The position numbers and the translations under genes were made by a program. Shown in pieces: positions 1 through 9,521 of a stretch of DNA of 64,000 nucleotides. Position 1 is the first letter of the stretch; each line of letters starts with the position of its first letter. A model generated the notes under the pieces. It saw only the letters and a program-made list of their open reading frames with translations. It was not told the DNA's origin and searched no databases. This DNA is from a virus, in IMG/VR virus record IMGVR_UViG_3300043331_000441, positions 1 to 64,000 of that record. One strand, given 5' to 3'.

Positions 1-56
1 CCTTAGGCGGCGGCTGCACGGAACCGTATCCCGCGGTTCCAGAAAGGAGATAGGCG

Positions 57-407
57 ATGCGGTACGGGTATTTCACCCATCATCCGCAGGAAGGGATCGG
101 CGTCGCGAAGCGCCACGATCGTGTGCACGCGTCGCAGGGTCTCGACATGGAAGCCCTTTGCGGCTGGGAGTTTGTCGGCCAGGCCGACCCCAAGCTGACA
201 AAGACCCCCAAGAAGCTCGGGGAGCTGCTCGCGGAGGTCACGTGCGTGCGCTGCGTCCGCGAGATCCTCGGCTTCGAAACCGGGCCGTCCCCGTTTGGCG
301 GCAGCGGCTGTCGCAACTGCGGGGCGCCCGAGGGAGAGCCGTGTCGTCACGACGCTGGCTGCGTCGACTCCGACCGCTCGTCAGGAGGCGTGTCATGGGC
401 TACGTGA
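57..407 (+). CDS. hypothetical phage protein, Cys-rich
   Basis: ORF with GAAAGGAG RBS; CxxC motifs. Confidence 0.7.
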   Translation: MRYGYFTHHPQEGIGVAKRHDRVHASQGLDMEALCGWEFVGQADPKLTKTPKKLGELLAEVTCVRCVREILGFETGPSPFGGSGCRNCGAPEGEPCRHDAGCVDSDRSSGGVSWAT

Positions 408-748
408 CGCTCCTCCTACACGAAGCAGAGCTGATCGAGGGTGGCATGTACGTCGATCAGGGAACCGAGCAATGCCGTGACATGACGGCTGCGATGCCGG
501 TCACGTTGCACCAGGAAGACCTCAAGCGCGGCACGTTCGTGGTCGCGCTGCACACGCTACAAGGGCACATGGTGCCGTTCACGTGGACGTATGACGGCGG
601 CGACCATCGCGCCGTCATCACCAGCGGCTGTCAGGCCGGAGGCACGCTGGAGCAGTTCCTCTACAAGCGTGCCGAGCACGCAGCGAAGGCCATCCACAAC
701 GGCTGGGCGCCCGAGGTCGTCGAACACACGCCCCGCCAAGACGACTGA
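395..748 (+). CDS. hypothetical protein
   Basis: ATG 395 after AGGAGG; start trimmed from track ORF 158..748. Confidence 0.7.
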   Translation: MGYVTLLLHEAELIEGGMYVDQGTEQCRDMTAAMPVTLHQEDLKRGTFVVALHTLQGHMVPFTWTYDGGDHRAVITSGCQAGGTLEQFLYKRAEHAAKAIHNGWAPEVVEHTPRQDD

Positions 749-756
749 GAACTGCC

Positions 757-1002
757 ATGTTTCGGACACAAGCCGAACGTGAACAGTTCTGGGCACGAAT
801 CGACCGCAAGGACTGTGTTGCGCATCCCGGTTTCATTCCGGAGCAACACGGGCCGATGCGCCACTTCGATCGTGAAATGCGCTGCGCAAGCCCAGGCTGC
901 GGCTCGCCCACGCATTTCAAGCTGGAGGGAATCCCGCGCTGCATGGTGCATTGCCTGCGCGAGATGAACGAAATGCTGATCGGCATGGGAATCAACGTCT
1001 AG
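757..1002 (+). CDS. small Zn-finger-like protein
   Basis: CASPGC...CMVHC. Confidence 0.65.
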   Translation: MFRTQAEREQFWARIDRKDCVAHPGFIPEQHGPMRHFDREMRCASPGCGSPTHFKLEGIPRCMVHCLREMNEMLIGMGINV

Positions 1003-1026
1003 GCCGGGCACCCCGGCAGGAGGAAC

Positions 1027-1266
1027 ATGGACAAACAGGACAACCCGGTAACACTCGCCCGCAACAGCTTCGGATCCGCGATGGCGAGAAGGCAGATCGG
1101 ACACGAACTGAGAGACGCGGCCTCGCACCTGTATGGGGCTGTGGACAGGCTCAGGAAGGTCGGCCTGCTAGCAGACGCCGAGCAGATCGAGAACATCGCT
1201 GACTCGGTGCGCAACAGGTTCGAAATCGACGAGGACGGCGACGCGCTCGCCTACCTCGACGTCTAG
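1027..1266 (+). CDS. hypothetical protein
   Basis: AGGAGG RBS, acidic helical ORF. Confidence 0.7.
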   Translation: MDKQDNPVTLARNSFGSAMARRQIGHELRDAASHLYGAVDRLRKVGLLADAEQIENIADSVRNRFEIDEDGDALAYLDV

Positions 1267-1520
1267 AACGCTGCCTGAAGCCGCCGTGATCTAGAGACGG
1301 CGGCTTCGCGGAGCGTCCGGACGCTCCCGTCCGCACAAAGAGAAGGGCCGCACAGCAGCACCCTGGTTGGCGCGTGGTGAGTGGCACACGCGCCGGGTGG
1401 CTCCAGGATCAGGTGGCAACAGGCGGCTCTTCTCTGCGGGCGCCCGGCACCAACAAGGAGGCAGCCCATGAGGCTGATCCAACATCTGCCCCTCGTCGCA
1501 GCACTTGCGGAGGGCAGCTG

Positions 1521-1721
1521 ATGATCGCGTACTGGGTAATCGAAGCCACAAAGGACGGCGTCGAAATCGACGAGCACCCGCTCACGCTCGCGCAAGGCTC
1601 GCGCCGCACGGCAGAGGACCTGGCCAACTGGGTCAGAGAGCACACGCCGTATGGCTGGTACGCGGACATCACGCCGCGACCCCTCGCGCGTGGTGACCTC
1701 GCCGAACTGATTCTCGCCTGA
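1521..1721 (+). CDS. hypothetical protein
   Basis: ATG 1521, TGATG coupling. Confidence 0.6.
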   Translation: MIAYWVIEATKDGVEIDEHPLTLAQGSRRTAEDLANWVREHTPYGWYADITPRPLARGDLAELILA

Positions 1722-1940
1722 GGTTGTTCGCGGGCGACCCCGACCAAGCGCGGGGCGCCCCGGGAACAACGGAAGGAGGTAGGCGTATGACGTGGCCGAC
1801 GAAGGCTCGCTGATTTTTTGCCAACGATCTCGGCGTCGCTGCTGAGCGTTCCCCAGAGTCCCTACGGGGCCTGGGGGGAACGAAAGGAGCAAACCATGAG
1901 GCGCTAGCCAAACAACCCCACATAGGACGTGGGCGTGGTC

Positions 1941-1967
1941 AAGGCCCCGGCTTCGAGCCGGGGCCTT
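1941..1967. terminator. intergenic hairpin
   Basis: AAGGCCCCGG-CTTCGAG-CCGGGGCCTT perfect 10-bp stem; no clear U tract. Confidence 0.45.
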
Positions 1968-2019
1968 GGGGCGCCCGCCCCAACCGGCCGAGCGGTTTCT
2001 CGGCAAGCAAGGAGGCGAC

Positions 2020-2238
2020 ATGATCCGCAGGATCATCAACCGCCTGCGGCGGACAGAGCCGTCGCAGAAGCACGGGAAGGACTTCACGCCCGACCCGTGG
2101 GAGTCCGTCAGGGCACCCCTCGTCGCGTGCGGCGAGTCCCGGCGACGGGGCATGACCAGGCTGCCGATGCCGCACGCGAAGGCGCGGAGGCGGGCAGCCA
2201 ACAAGCGGGCACGCGCTGCGCGGCGCGTGAACCGCTGA
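2020..2238 (+). CDS. basic hypothetical protein
   Basis: AAGGAGG RBS. Confidence 0.6.
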   Translation: MIRRIINRLRRTEPSQKHGKDFTPDPWESVRAPLVACGESRRRGMTRLPMPHAKARRRAANKRARAARRVNR

Positions 2239-2435
2239 TGGACGAGTCGACACGCTTCTACAGCGTGCGACTCGACGGCGACCCGAACACCTTTCTCATC
2301 CACGCGACTTCGATGATGGAAGCGATGGACAAGGTGTTCGCGCACTCACATCCGAGGCGCGTCGAGATCTTCGAAATGATCGATGCCAGCGAACCGTCGA
2401 TCATCGATCTCGTCAACGACACCGGGCGACACTGA
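2238..2435 (+). CDS. hypothetical protein
   Basis: TGATG coupling. Confidence 0.6.
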   Translation: MDESTRFYSVRLDGDPNTFLIHATSMMEAMDKVFAHSHPRRVEIFEMIDASEPSIIDLVNDTGRH

Positions 2436-2499
2436 GCGCTGAACGGGGCGCCCCTCACGGGGCGTCCTACTTGAGCGTTCAACGAGAGGAGTGGGGAAA

Positions 2500-2727
2500 A
2501 TGGTCGATGAGCGTATTACGCAGGCCGAAGATCTTGCGCGTACCTCGCATGATTACGCGAAGGCGTTTCGTATCTCGGCTCACATCTGCCGCAGCCGGTT
2601 CCCGGAAGCAGCGGCAGGACAGACGCTTGCGCGGATCTTCGAGGAGAAGGCGCACCTCGAAGACGATTTGTGCAAGCGCCTCTCAGACGATCCGATCGGC
2701 ACGTTGCGCGCCGAAGGACTCGCCTGA
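2500..2727 (+). CDS. hypothetical protein
   Basis: ORF with GAGGAG upstream. Confidence 0.6.
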   Translation: MVDERITQAEDLARTSHDYAKAFRISAHICRSRFPEAAAGQTLARIFEEKAHLEDDLCKRLSDDPIGTLRAEGLA

Positions 2728-2792
2728 ACGTGTGACGGCGCGGGGCGCCCGACGCCCCGACGCCGTGTGCGTTCAAGCGAAAAGGAGGAAAT

Positions 2793-3074
2793 ATGGACAG
2801 CACAGATACCACCCGTACGCCATACACGAAGCCGCTCACTAGCTTCGAGATGCGCGAAATCCAGCGTCGGATCAGCGAAGTCGTGCGCGCACGAACCAAC
2901 CCCCCCGCAGGCAAGCGCATCGGCTCCTTCGTCCCACTCTCCACGCACGAGGAGCGCGTCAAGGAAGTCGAGGACGCAATCGCGTTCGCGGCTCGCGGGA
3001 AGCTGAGGCGAGACGCGTGGCCGCCCGTGTGTCACGTGCGCCCAGCGGCGCTGAGTGCGCTCGTCACACCATGA
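2793..3074 (+). CDS. hypothetical protein
   Basis: AAAGGAGG RBS. Confidence 0.65.
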   Translation: MDSTDTTRTPYTKPLTSFEMREIQRRISEVVRARTNPPAGKRIGSFVPLSTHEERVKEVEDAIAFAARGKLRRDAWPPVCHVRPAALSALVTP

Positions 3075-3316
3075 CGCCGCGCACGGTTAGGCAGCACCGG
3101 GCGCCCAGCAAAAGGGCGCCCGGTGCGTCTATTCTGGCGGAAAGGAACTTGCATGATTGCTGGTATCGCATCAACCATTTTCACGATCTGCGTTGCGCTT
3201 CTTTCTTTGGCTGCGCTGGTCATGGCGGGCCTCATCCACGTTCGTTTTCGTAACGGCAGCCCGCTCGCACGCCTGAACGACAAACGCTAGGCAGCACTGA
3301 GCGCAACGTGCGTTGA

Positions 3317-3700
3317 GTGGTGCCTATCCCGGGCACCGCGGCTAACCACCGCACATACGACACGAAGGAGGGCCCACACGTGGTCTCTTTCACTGTCATC
3401 GGCGGCCCGCACAACGGGGCGCCCTTCGAGCCGGTCGCAGCGGCGGCTGCGCGCATCAAGCAGGTGCGCAAGGAGTTCGTCGAGGCCGCTGCGCAACGCA
3501 AGGAGCAGCACGAGCAGGAGCTGCGTGCGCTCGACAGGAAGCGCAAGGACGAGGAGCGCGAGGCGCGTCGTGCTGCGCGGCAGCAGTACCGCGAAGAGGT
3601 CGCGGACGCATACCGCGAGCGCTACGAGATCGCGCGGCGTGAACGCGAGGAGTTCATGCAGCGCATCGGCAAGCGCAGCCGCGTCCGCGTCTACGCGTAG
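3317..3700 (+). CDS. coiled-coil hypothetical protein
   Basis: E/R-rich helical ORF, high GC3. Confidence 0.65.
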   Translation: MVPIPGTAANHRTYDTKEGPHVVSFTVIGGPHNGAPFEPVAAAAARIKQVRKEFVEAAAQRKEQHEQELRALDRKRKDEEREARRAARQQYREEVADAYRERYEIARREREEFMQRIGKRSRVRVYA

Positions 3701-3767
3701 CACACACCCCCAGCTCAGGGCCTCCAGCGGAGGCCCTGGGCGTCAGCATGTCCGGAGGGAGTCCGAA

Positions 3768-4013
3768 ATGCTTCGCTTGCAGTGGGATGGTTCCTTCTTC
3801 AAGATCAGGCGCGACGCTCGCCGCTATGGGGGCGCCCGACGCTGGGATGGCAAGCGCATTCCCTGGATCATCCGTTTGCGTGTGTTCGGGCCTGGTATCG
3901 CGGTTGGCCCGATCGTTGTGCGCCGGATGATGATTCACAGTTTCATCCCGCACGTTCCTCACGGTCTTTACTGTCGCAAGTGCGATCATATTCGCGACCT
4001 GCATTACAGGTAA
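3768..4013 (+). CDS. hypothetical protein
   Basis: GGAGGGAG RBS, C-terminal CxxC. Confidence 0.55.
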   Translation: MLRLQWDGSFFKIRRDARRYGGARRWDGKRIPWIIRLRVFGPGIAVGPIVVRRMMIHSFIPHVPHGLYCRKCDHIRDLHYR

Positions 4014-4094
4014 GCGCGTTTCGCACAGCCACAGCGTCCTGATCCCCACCACGGGAGTCGGGCGCCCTTTTTACCTTAGAAAGGAGAACGCCCC

Positions 4095-4442
4095 ATGCGG
4101 CGTGGTCCACGCATAACCGAACTAGACATCACGCGCTTCACAGAAGGTGACTGCCATATCCTCGCCAAAGTGCTGCATTTGCGCACGCTGTGGCCTCTGT
4201 GCACGTTCCACAGAGGCGACTGCGAGCCGGACCTGCACGCATTCGTCTGTGATGGTGACACCGCAATCGACGTGCGGGGCGCCCGGCCGATCGACGACCT
4301 GCTCTGCGAGTGGGAAGATGCCGCAGGGTTCATAGAAATTTCTGAACTAAACTGGGGGAAGGAAATATTCCCCGGCTCGCGACGGAGAGCGCACACGATC
4401 GCACCCTTGCTGATCCCCGCCGGTGCTATGCGCGTTCCGTAG
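4095..4442 (+). CDS. hypothetical phage protein
   Basis: GAAAGGAGAAC start motif; FTEGDCHILA..HAFV. Confidence 0.7.
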   Translation: MRRGPRITELDITRFTEGDCHILAKVLHLRTLWPLCTFHRGDCEPDLHAFVCDGDTAIDVRGARPIDDLLCEWEDAAGFIEISELNWGKEIFPGSRRRAHTIAPLLIPAGAMRVP

Positions 4443-4479
4443 AGCCACAGCGCGTCCTGCAGAGCCACAGCGTTTTGTC

Positions 4480-4550
4480 GAGGGAGTAGCTCGAAGGTCG
4501 AGCCTCGGGTTGTGATCCCGACGGTGTGGGTTCGATTCCCACCTCCCTCT
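4480..4550 (+). tRNA. tRNA-His(GUG), no encoded CCA
   Basis: Acceptor GAGGGAG/CTCCCTC, D GCTC/GAGC, anticodon arm TCGGG-TTGTGAT-CCCGA, T arm GTGGG-TTCGATT-CCCAC. Confidence 0.85.
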
Positions 4551-4646
4551 TGGCGTCAGAGAGAATCCGACATGGCGGCTAGTGACCCGTTCGAGCCGGG
4601 CGCGGGCTGCGGGAGTGTTCACCGCAGGGACACCTCTCTGACGCCA
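4551..4646 (+). ncRNA. structured RNA candidate abutting the tRNA-His 3' end
   Basis: Perfect 13-bp closing helix TGGCGTCAGAGAG/CTCTCTGACGCCA with internal hairpins CCCG/CGGG and CTGCGG/CCGCAG. Confidence 0.5.
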
Positions 4647-4693
4647 CAAGAATCCCCCGCATTTGTACGGGAGCGCCCCGGAAAGGGGGCAAC

Positions 4694-5206
4694 ATGAAGG
4701 GTCTCTACGGAGCAATCATTGCTCTTGGACGGTCGATCAGCGAGATCGATCTGCACGGCTGGACGCTCGGCACATTCGGTAACGAGCACCACAAGAAGTG
4801 CGCGGTCGGGCTGCTCTCGTACTCGTTCGTGCAGACTCCCGACCATCTCTCGCTCTGCGGCCTGACAGACGACGAGACAGAGGCAGCGATCCTCGCTGCC
4901 TACGCGCTCTACGACGTACTCAGCCCTGAACAGGTGGAGCGATTGGAAGCTGCTCTTCGCCGCCTCGACGAGGACAACAACGACTCGCACTTCGACCGTG
5001 TGTACGCGTCGTTCCGCGACCGAAACAACGCGTCGCTTACGGAAATCGAGGACATCACCATCATCACGAACGACCAGGTGATGACCGAGCAGGCTGAGGC
5101 GCGCAGGTGGTTCTCGGATGCGCTCGACCTGCTCGCAGAGCAGCTGCCGATCCCGGCAGAGGCGGTCGTCCCCGAGCACGAGGGGCGCCCAGTCACATTC
5201 GTCTAG
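4694..5206 (+). CDS. DUF6197-like actinophage protein
   Basis: GWTLG...CAVGLL; paralog of next gene. Confidence 0.6.
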   Translation: MKGLYGAIIALGRSISEIDLHGWTLGTFGNEHHKKCAVGLLSYSFVQTPDHLSLCGLTDDETEAAILAAYALYDVLSPEQVERLEAALRRLDEDNNDSHFDRVYASFRDRNNASLTEIEDITIITNDQVMTEQAEARRWFSDALDLLAEQLPIPAEAVVPEHEGRPVTFV

Positions 5207-5221
5207 GAAAGGAGAACGTCC

Positions 5222-5767
5222 ATGAACAACCTCTACGAGGCCGTCATGATCGTCGGCCGCTCGATCGAGGAGATCGACCGCACGGGCTGGACGTGCGGCG
5301 CACTCGGCGTGAAGAACACTCCCAGGTGCGCCAACGCGCTGCTCAGCGTGTCAAGCGAGCGGCGGATGCCGGAGTACATCTACGACGCTGCTCGGCGTGC
5401 ACCCGAAACCGCGATGCCGCTGCGTCTCGCCGCGAAGGCGCTGTTCGAAACAGCGCCCGAGGAGGCGATGAAGGTCGTACGCAAGGCGTGGGACGAGGAT
5501 CCCGACGGGTACTGGGAGTTCGAGAAGGCGTTCAATGATCCACTGAACGGCGACCTCGGATACATCGGCGATGGGCTCGCGCAAATCAACGACGCCGACC
5601 ACATCGACAGCGGCTCGGAGGTTCCCATCCTCACGACCAAGACCGCCCGCGCGTGGTTCCAGCGGGCGTTCGACAAGCTCGCCGAGGAGTTGCCGGAGCC
5701 GATCCCGGCCGATCCGCCGCTCTACGTGAGCGACATCGCCTCGTCGCGCACGCCGGAGCACGTCTAG
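5222..5767 (+). CDS. DUF6197-like actinophage protein
   Basis: GRSIEEIDRTGWTCG...CANALL; GAAAGGAGAAC. Confidence 0.6.
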   Translation: MNNLYEAVMIVGRSIEEIDRTGWTCGALGVKNTPRCANALLSVSSERRMPEYIYDAARRAPETAMPLRLAAKALFETAPEEAMKVVRKAWDEDPDGYWEFEKAFNDPLNGDLGYIGDGLAQINDADHIDSGSEVPILTTKTARAWFQRAFDKLAEELPEPIPADPPLYVSDIASSRTPEHV

Positions 5768-5779
5768 AAGGAGGCGACC

Positions 5780-5881
5780 ATGTCCAGCCCCTGGAACATC
5801 GAGGTGCAGGTGGCGATTGTCACCTTCGCCGTGGTTGCGCTCGTCGTCTTGCTCATTTTCTGGGCGCTTGGGTGGACGTAG
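5780..5881 (+). CDS. 33-aa single-TM peptide
   Basis: AAGGAGG RBS; MSSPWNIEVQVAIVTFAVVALVVLLIFWALGWT, below track cutoff. Confidence 0.55.
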   Translation: MSSPWNIEVQVAIVTFAVVALVVLLIFWALGWT

Positions 5882-6087
5882 CGCGCTTCCCTCCTGGATG
5901 GACGCCTACGGGCGTCCGTCCTGGGGGATGACCGCCGTCGTTTTGGAGTCCCGCATACGCGGCGAAGGGAAGGTGACCACGATGTAACGCCAGCGTGAGA
6001 CAACACACATCTCTTGTTGCGCGACGTTGCCTGAGGGGCGCCCTCCGGACGCCCCTCGCGAAACGCCGACAAAGGAGGTGAAAAATC

Positions 6088-6390
6088 ATGCGTTTCTGTG
6101 ACAAGTGTGGGAAGCCAGTCGATCCCACCAACGACGCCGTGGAGCTTGACATTGAGCTGCACCGAGCAGAGGGCGATTTGTTCCCGATCGGACTCGTCAT
6201 TGCACAGGCACGGCATCTGCTGCCGGTTGCCGGGTGCCCCGGCTCGCCAAGCCGGGCGCAGTACCTCGAAGGACAACCGCGTGACCCACGGGGCATCTAC
6301 GGCTACGACCCGGAGCACGAGGAGCCGATCCGGAAGGCGTACGCCTCGATGCGGGACGCGGCTCGGGAAGGAGTGGCATATGAAGCGTGA
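6088..6390 (+). CDS. Zn-ribbon hypothetical protein
   Basis: AAAGGAGGT RBS; FCDKCGK. Confidence 0.7.
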   Translation: MRFCDKCGKPVDPTNDAVELDIELHRAEGDLFPIGLVIAQARHLLPVAGCPGSPSRAQYLEGQPRDPRGIYGYDPEHEEPIRKAYASMRDAAREGVAYEA

Positions 6391-6670
6391 CCTTTACATG
6401 ACGCTGCACTACATTCCGCATTACCGCACGCGCATGGCGGTCGTCGACTTCTACAGCCGCTGGAGCAGGTTCTTTTCTGTCATGGCGGATGAGTGGTGGG
6501 AGCTGCGCTTCGCAAAACGCCACAGGCCTTCGCGCGGGAAATCCACAAACGAGGATCGCTTCTGCAGTTGCGGCGTGCAGTACGGGCATGGGGAGTACTA
6601 CGACGAGGACGCCTGGTATCACCACAAGCAGGCGGCACGCGACGAGGAGTACGGGAGGAGGTGGAAGTGA
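6380..6670 (+). CDS. hypothetical protein
   Basis: AAGGAG RBS, overlap coupling. Confidence 0.6.
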   Translation: MKRDLYMTLHYIPHYRTRMAVVDFYSRWSRFFSVMADEWWELRFAKRHRPSRGKSTNEDRFCSCGVQYGHGEYYDEDAWYHHKQAARDEEYGRRWK

Positions 6671-6837
6671 GCGGCCATCACAAGTGGAGCGAGATCAAGC
6701 ACAAGACAACACCGGAGCAGCGCGAACAGGCGCGCCAGAAACTTCAACGTCAGCTTCGGTTTGCAAAGCTCAAGCCGTGGAACTGGGCGTGGGTTGTGCG
6801 CCTGGAGGCGCGGTTCTACCGCTGGCGTTACCGGTAA
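6667..6837 (+). CDS. small basic protein
   Basis: GTGA coupling; MSGHHKWSEIKHK. Confidence 0.55.
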   Translation: MSGHHKWSEIKHKTTPEQREQARQKLQRQLRFAKLKPWNWAWVVRLEARFYRWRYR

Positions 6838-6864
6838 CGGGGGCGCCCCCGAAAGGAGAACAAA

Positions 6865-7191
6865 GTGGGCATTACCGTGGCCTTCGAGTCGAAGGTTCCA
6901 CATACGACGCCATGGCTCTCGATTGAGTGGGAGATCGACAAGGACGACCCCCAGGAGCTAATCGAGGCGCTCGCCGAGATCGGATGGGCAGAAGACCCGC
7001 GTTACCGACGCGTCCCACCGATCCACAACATGCAAGAACTCAACCTCAACCCACCGAGCGGCTCGGGCCTGTTTGGTGAATGGACAGACGAAGAACGCAG
7101 ACAGCGGATGCCCGTTGTTCGCCGCGTTCTTCGCGACAAGGGTTTCAAAGACGTGCCCTGGAACCAGCTCACCCTGGCTGACCTGCTCTAG
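6865..7191 (+). CDS. hypothetical protein
   Basis: GAAAGGAGAAC start motif. Confidence 0.7.
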   Translation: MGITVAFESKVPHTTPWLSIEWEIDKDDPQELIEALAEIGWAEDPRYRRVPPIHNMQELNLNPPSGSGLFGEWTDEERRQRMPVVRRVLRDKGFKDVPWNQLTLADLL

Positions 7192-7216
7192 GGGTGCCCC
7201 CAGAAAGGAGAACACC

Positions 7217-7672
7217 ATGAGCAACATGTACGGCACGCCACGCCGCACCATCGTCCAGGAAACATGGTTCTGGGTGGCGATGGCAGGCGTGCTGCTGATC
7301 GCGATTCTCGCCGTGATCTTCGTCATCCGTTGGACGTCAGCGGACGCACGCGGACAGCTGCAGGCGCGTGAGCAGATCCTGTCGGGGAAGGCACGGATAG
7401 CTGCGTACAACCACTTCTTCGACCTCTGCGCCGCTGTCCAATCGGATGAGGCCTCGATCGTTTCGCTCAACCAGGAGCTGACGACAGGCCCGTCCGAGTC
7501 ACGACGAGAGCAGATCCAAGCGTCACTGACGGCGCTGCGCGCAGCCCGCGTCGAAAAGATCAACTCCTACAACGCGGATGCGCGCAAGGACTACACGATC
7601 GGGCAGTTCCGCGACCTGCAACTCCCATACACCATCAACAAGGCAGAAAGGGAAACGTCATGTATCGGGTAA
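7217..7672 (+). CDS. membrane-anchored coiled-coil protein
   Basis: N-terminal TM helix; start motif. Confidence 0.75.
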   Translation: MSNMYGTPRRTIVQETWFWVAMAGVLLIAILAVIFVIRWTSADARGQLQAREQILSGKARIAAYNHFFDLCAAVQSDEASIVSLNQELTTGPSESRREQIQASLTALRAARVEKINSYNADARKDYTIGQFRDLQLPYTINKAERETSCIG

Positions 7673-8235
7673 CACGTGTACTAAAGGACTGGTCGCTCAT
7701 CCTCGGTTGGCTCGCGATCATGGGGCTGCTCGTGCTGCTCGGCACGGCCTGCACCAGTGAGAACGACACCGCCAAGACCGAACGCAACGTGCGCGCCAGC
7801 GGCTACGCAAGGCTCGCCGCGCAACAGCCCGCGCACACGATGGACTACTCGCCCTCGCGTGACACGATCAACTTCTGGATCGATACCTGGGGCAAGCCGA
7901 ACAAGCTTTCGTACGTCTATCTGCTCGCCTCGAACGGCCAGATGATCGGCTACTACGTGTTCAAGGGGCTGCCCGTGTCGTACTGCGCAGCGCTGACACC
8001 CACTTACGACATCTATCGGCGCAACGATGCGCTGCTTTCGCTGCCCGCACCGGGCGTCGATGGCGTCTACTACTCGGGCGGCCAGTGCACGGCCTACTAC
8101 GGCAAGGACGCAACAACGAATAGCTACATCGAATATACGACCGGCCAGGGGATCAGCGCGCTCGTCTATGAGCGACCGTTGCCTCGCCAGGACGTCGAGC
8201 CGCTCGGTTTCACCGTGATCAAGGGGAAGAAGTGA
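7660..8235 (+). CDS. putative lipoprotein, conserved phage family
   Basis: Hydrophobic leader + LGTAC lipobox-like; LSYVYLL...GYYV...DGVYYS. Confidence 0.7.
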   Translation: MYRVTRVLKDWSLILGWLAIMGLLVLLGTACTSENDTAKTERNVRASGYARLAAQQPAHTMDYSPSRDTINFWIDTWGKPNKLSYVYLLASNGQMIGYYVFKGLPVSYCAALTPTYDIYRRNDALLSLPAPGVDGVYYSGGQCTAYYGKDATTNSYIEYTTGQGISALVYERPLPRQDVEPLGFTVIKGKK

Positions 8236-8351
8236 TGTGGACCGTTGTTCCCCTCATCATCGGATTCTTGGTCGGCGCTCTGCTCTGGGCGATCTTCGTC
8301 AAACCGCGGCAGGACCGTGGGTTCGCCGAACGTCGGCGACGCAGCCGATGA
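8235..8351 (+). CDS. 38-aa single-TM peptide
   Basis: TGATG coupling; MWTVVPLIIGFLVGALLWAIFVKPR. Confidence 0.55.
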   Translation: MWTVVPLIIGFLVGALLWAIFVKPRQDRGFAERRRRSR

Positions 8352-8539
8352 AAATCGAAGCCAACAAGACCTATCTCGTATGGGAGCTACCGCTGCTTGC
8401 GGTTGTTCTCTTCGCGCTGCTGCTGACAGGCAACGAAATCTTGCTGATCTGGGCGCTCGTTTTGGCGTGGTTCACGGGCGGTGACATTCGCTTTGTGCCA
8501 CGGGGCGCCCCGGAAGAACCGAGAGAGGAGGAGGAGTGA
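8348..8539 (+). CDS. small membrane protein
   Basis: ATGA coupling; two hydrophobic segments. Confidence 0.6.
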   Translation: MKIEANKTYLVWELPLLAVVLFALLLTGNEILLIWALVLAWFTGGDIRFVPRGAPEEPREEEE

Positions 8540-9120
8540 TGTATCGGGATAGAGCACTCCCGAAGCTCAGCACGGAAAAATTCAAGAAAGAAGTCACAAC
8601 GCTTGTTGAACAGGAACTCGCTAAGACGCTGGTGAGCATCGAGGACATCGTTCACGCAGAAGTGACGCGGCTAGTTCCAAAGATGATCCCAGCCATGCTG
8701 GGACTCAAGACAAGCAGCTGGCACGACGGAGGGTTCGAAATCGCCTCTGGACGTGACGCGCATCCCGTTGGCCTGGAACTTGCCAACGCAATGCGTGACA
8801 AGGCGCAAGAAGTCGTTTCGGAGGCGCTGAAAGACTGGACGCCACCGAAGGGCGTAATCGCCGCCGCCCGCACGGAGTACAACCGGCGCATGGACTACGC
8901 GGTTGGCGAGGCCGCGTCAGTACAGGCTGCCAGGGATGCGGAGGAGTGGGCTGTGACCTTCGTCAACGACGTGCTGGATGGCAAGTTCGACACGCCTGGG
9001 CGCCCCACATCTTCAAGCGAGAAGGCGCAGAATGTCCTGCGCGATATCGCAGAGGGAAGGCTTAAGGGCGCGAAGGCGGTCAAGGCAGCCGCCGAAGTGC
9101 TTGGGGAGGAGGCGTCATGA
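8536..9120 (+). CDS. hypothetical helical protein
   Basis: GAGGAG RBS, 194-aa ORF. Confidence 0.7.
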   Translation: MMYRDRALPKLSTEKFKKEVTTLVEQELAKTLVSIEDIVHAEVTRLVPKMIPAMLGLKTSSWHDGGFEIASGRDAHPVGLELANAMRDKAQEVVSEALKDWTPPKGVIAAARTEYNRRMDYAVGEAASVQAARDAEEWAVTFVNDVLDGKFDTPGRPTSSSEKAQNVLRDIAEGRLKGAKAVKAAAEVLGEEAS

Positions 9121-9518
9121 GTAAGCACGCTCTGCCATGCATAAAATGCGGAAAGCCGCTCGTCAACGTGGACGCCGAGACGGACGAAAACCAGCCCTAT
9201 TGCGGCACCGAGTTCGTCGCCTATGGGCACTACGGGTCAACGATCCACGATCCGATCGGTGAGCCAGAACGATTGGTCCTCGTCGCCAACATCTGCGACA
9301 CGTGCATCATGCGCGCGATCGAGAAGGACGTAATCCAGTCACGCGGCGCAGAAGGGGCGCCCCGCTTGGCGCATCACCATCTCGAACCGAAAGAGCGCGC
9401 CTGGGTGCTTGCGCAGAACGAGAAACAGTATGGCTGCGCTTGGGGCGACGACCAGCCGGTCGATTACCGCGAGCAAATGCTCAAGGCGGGATGGCCGGAA
9501 GAGATGCTGGACAGGTGA
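9117..9518 (+). CDS. Zn-ribbon hypothetical protein
   Basis: CIKCGK...ICDTC; ATGA coupling. Confidence 0.7.
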   Translation: MSKHALPCIKCGKPLVNVDAETDENQPYCGTEFVAYGHYGSTIHDPIGEPERLVLVANICDTCIMRAIEKDVIQSRGAEGAPRLAHHHLEPKERAWVLAQNEKQYGCAWGDDQPVDYREQMLKAGWPEEMLDR

Positions 9519-9521
9519 TCC

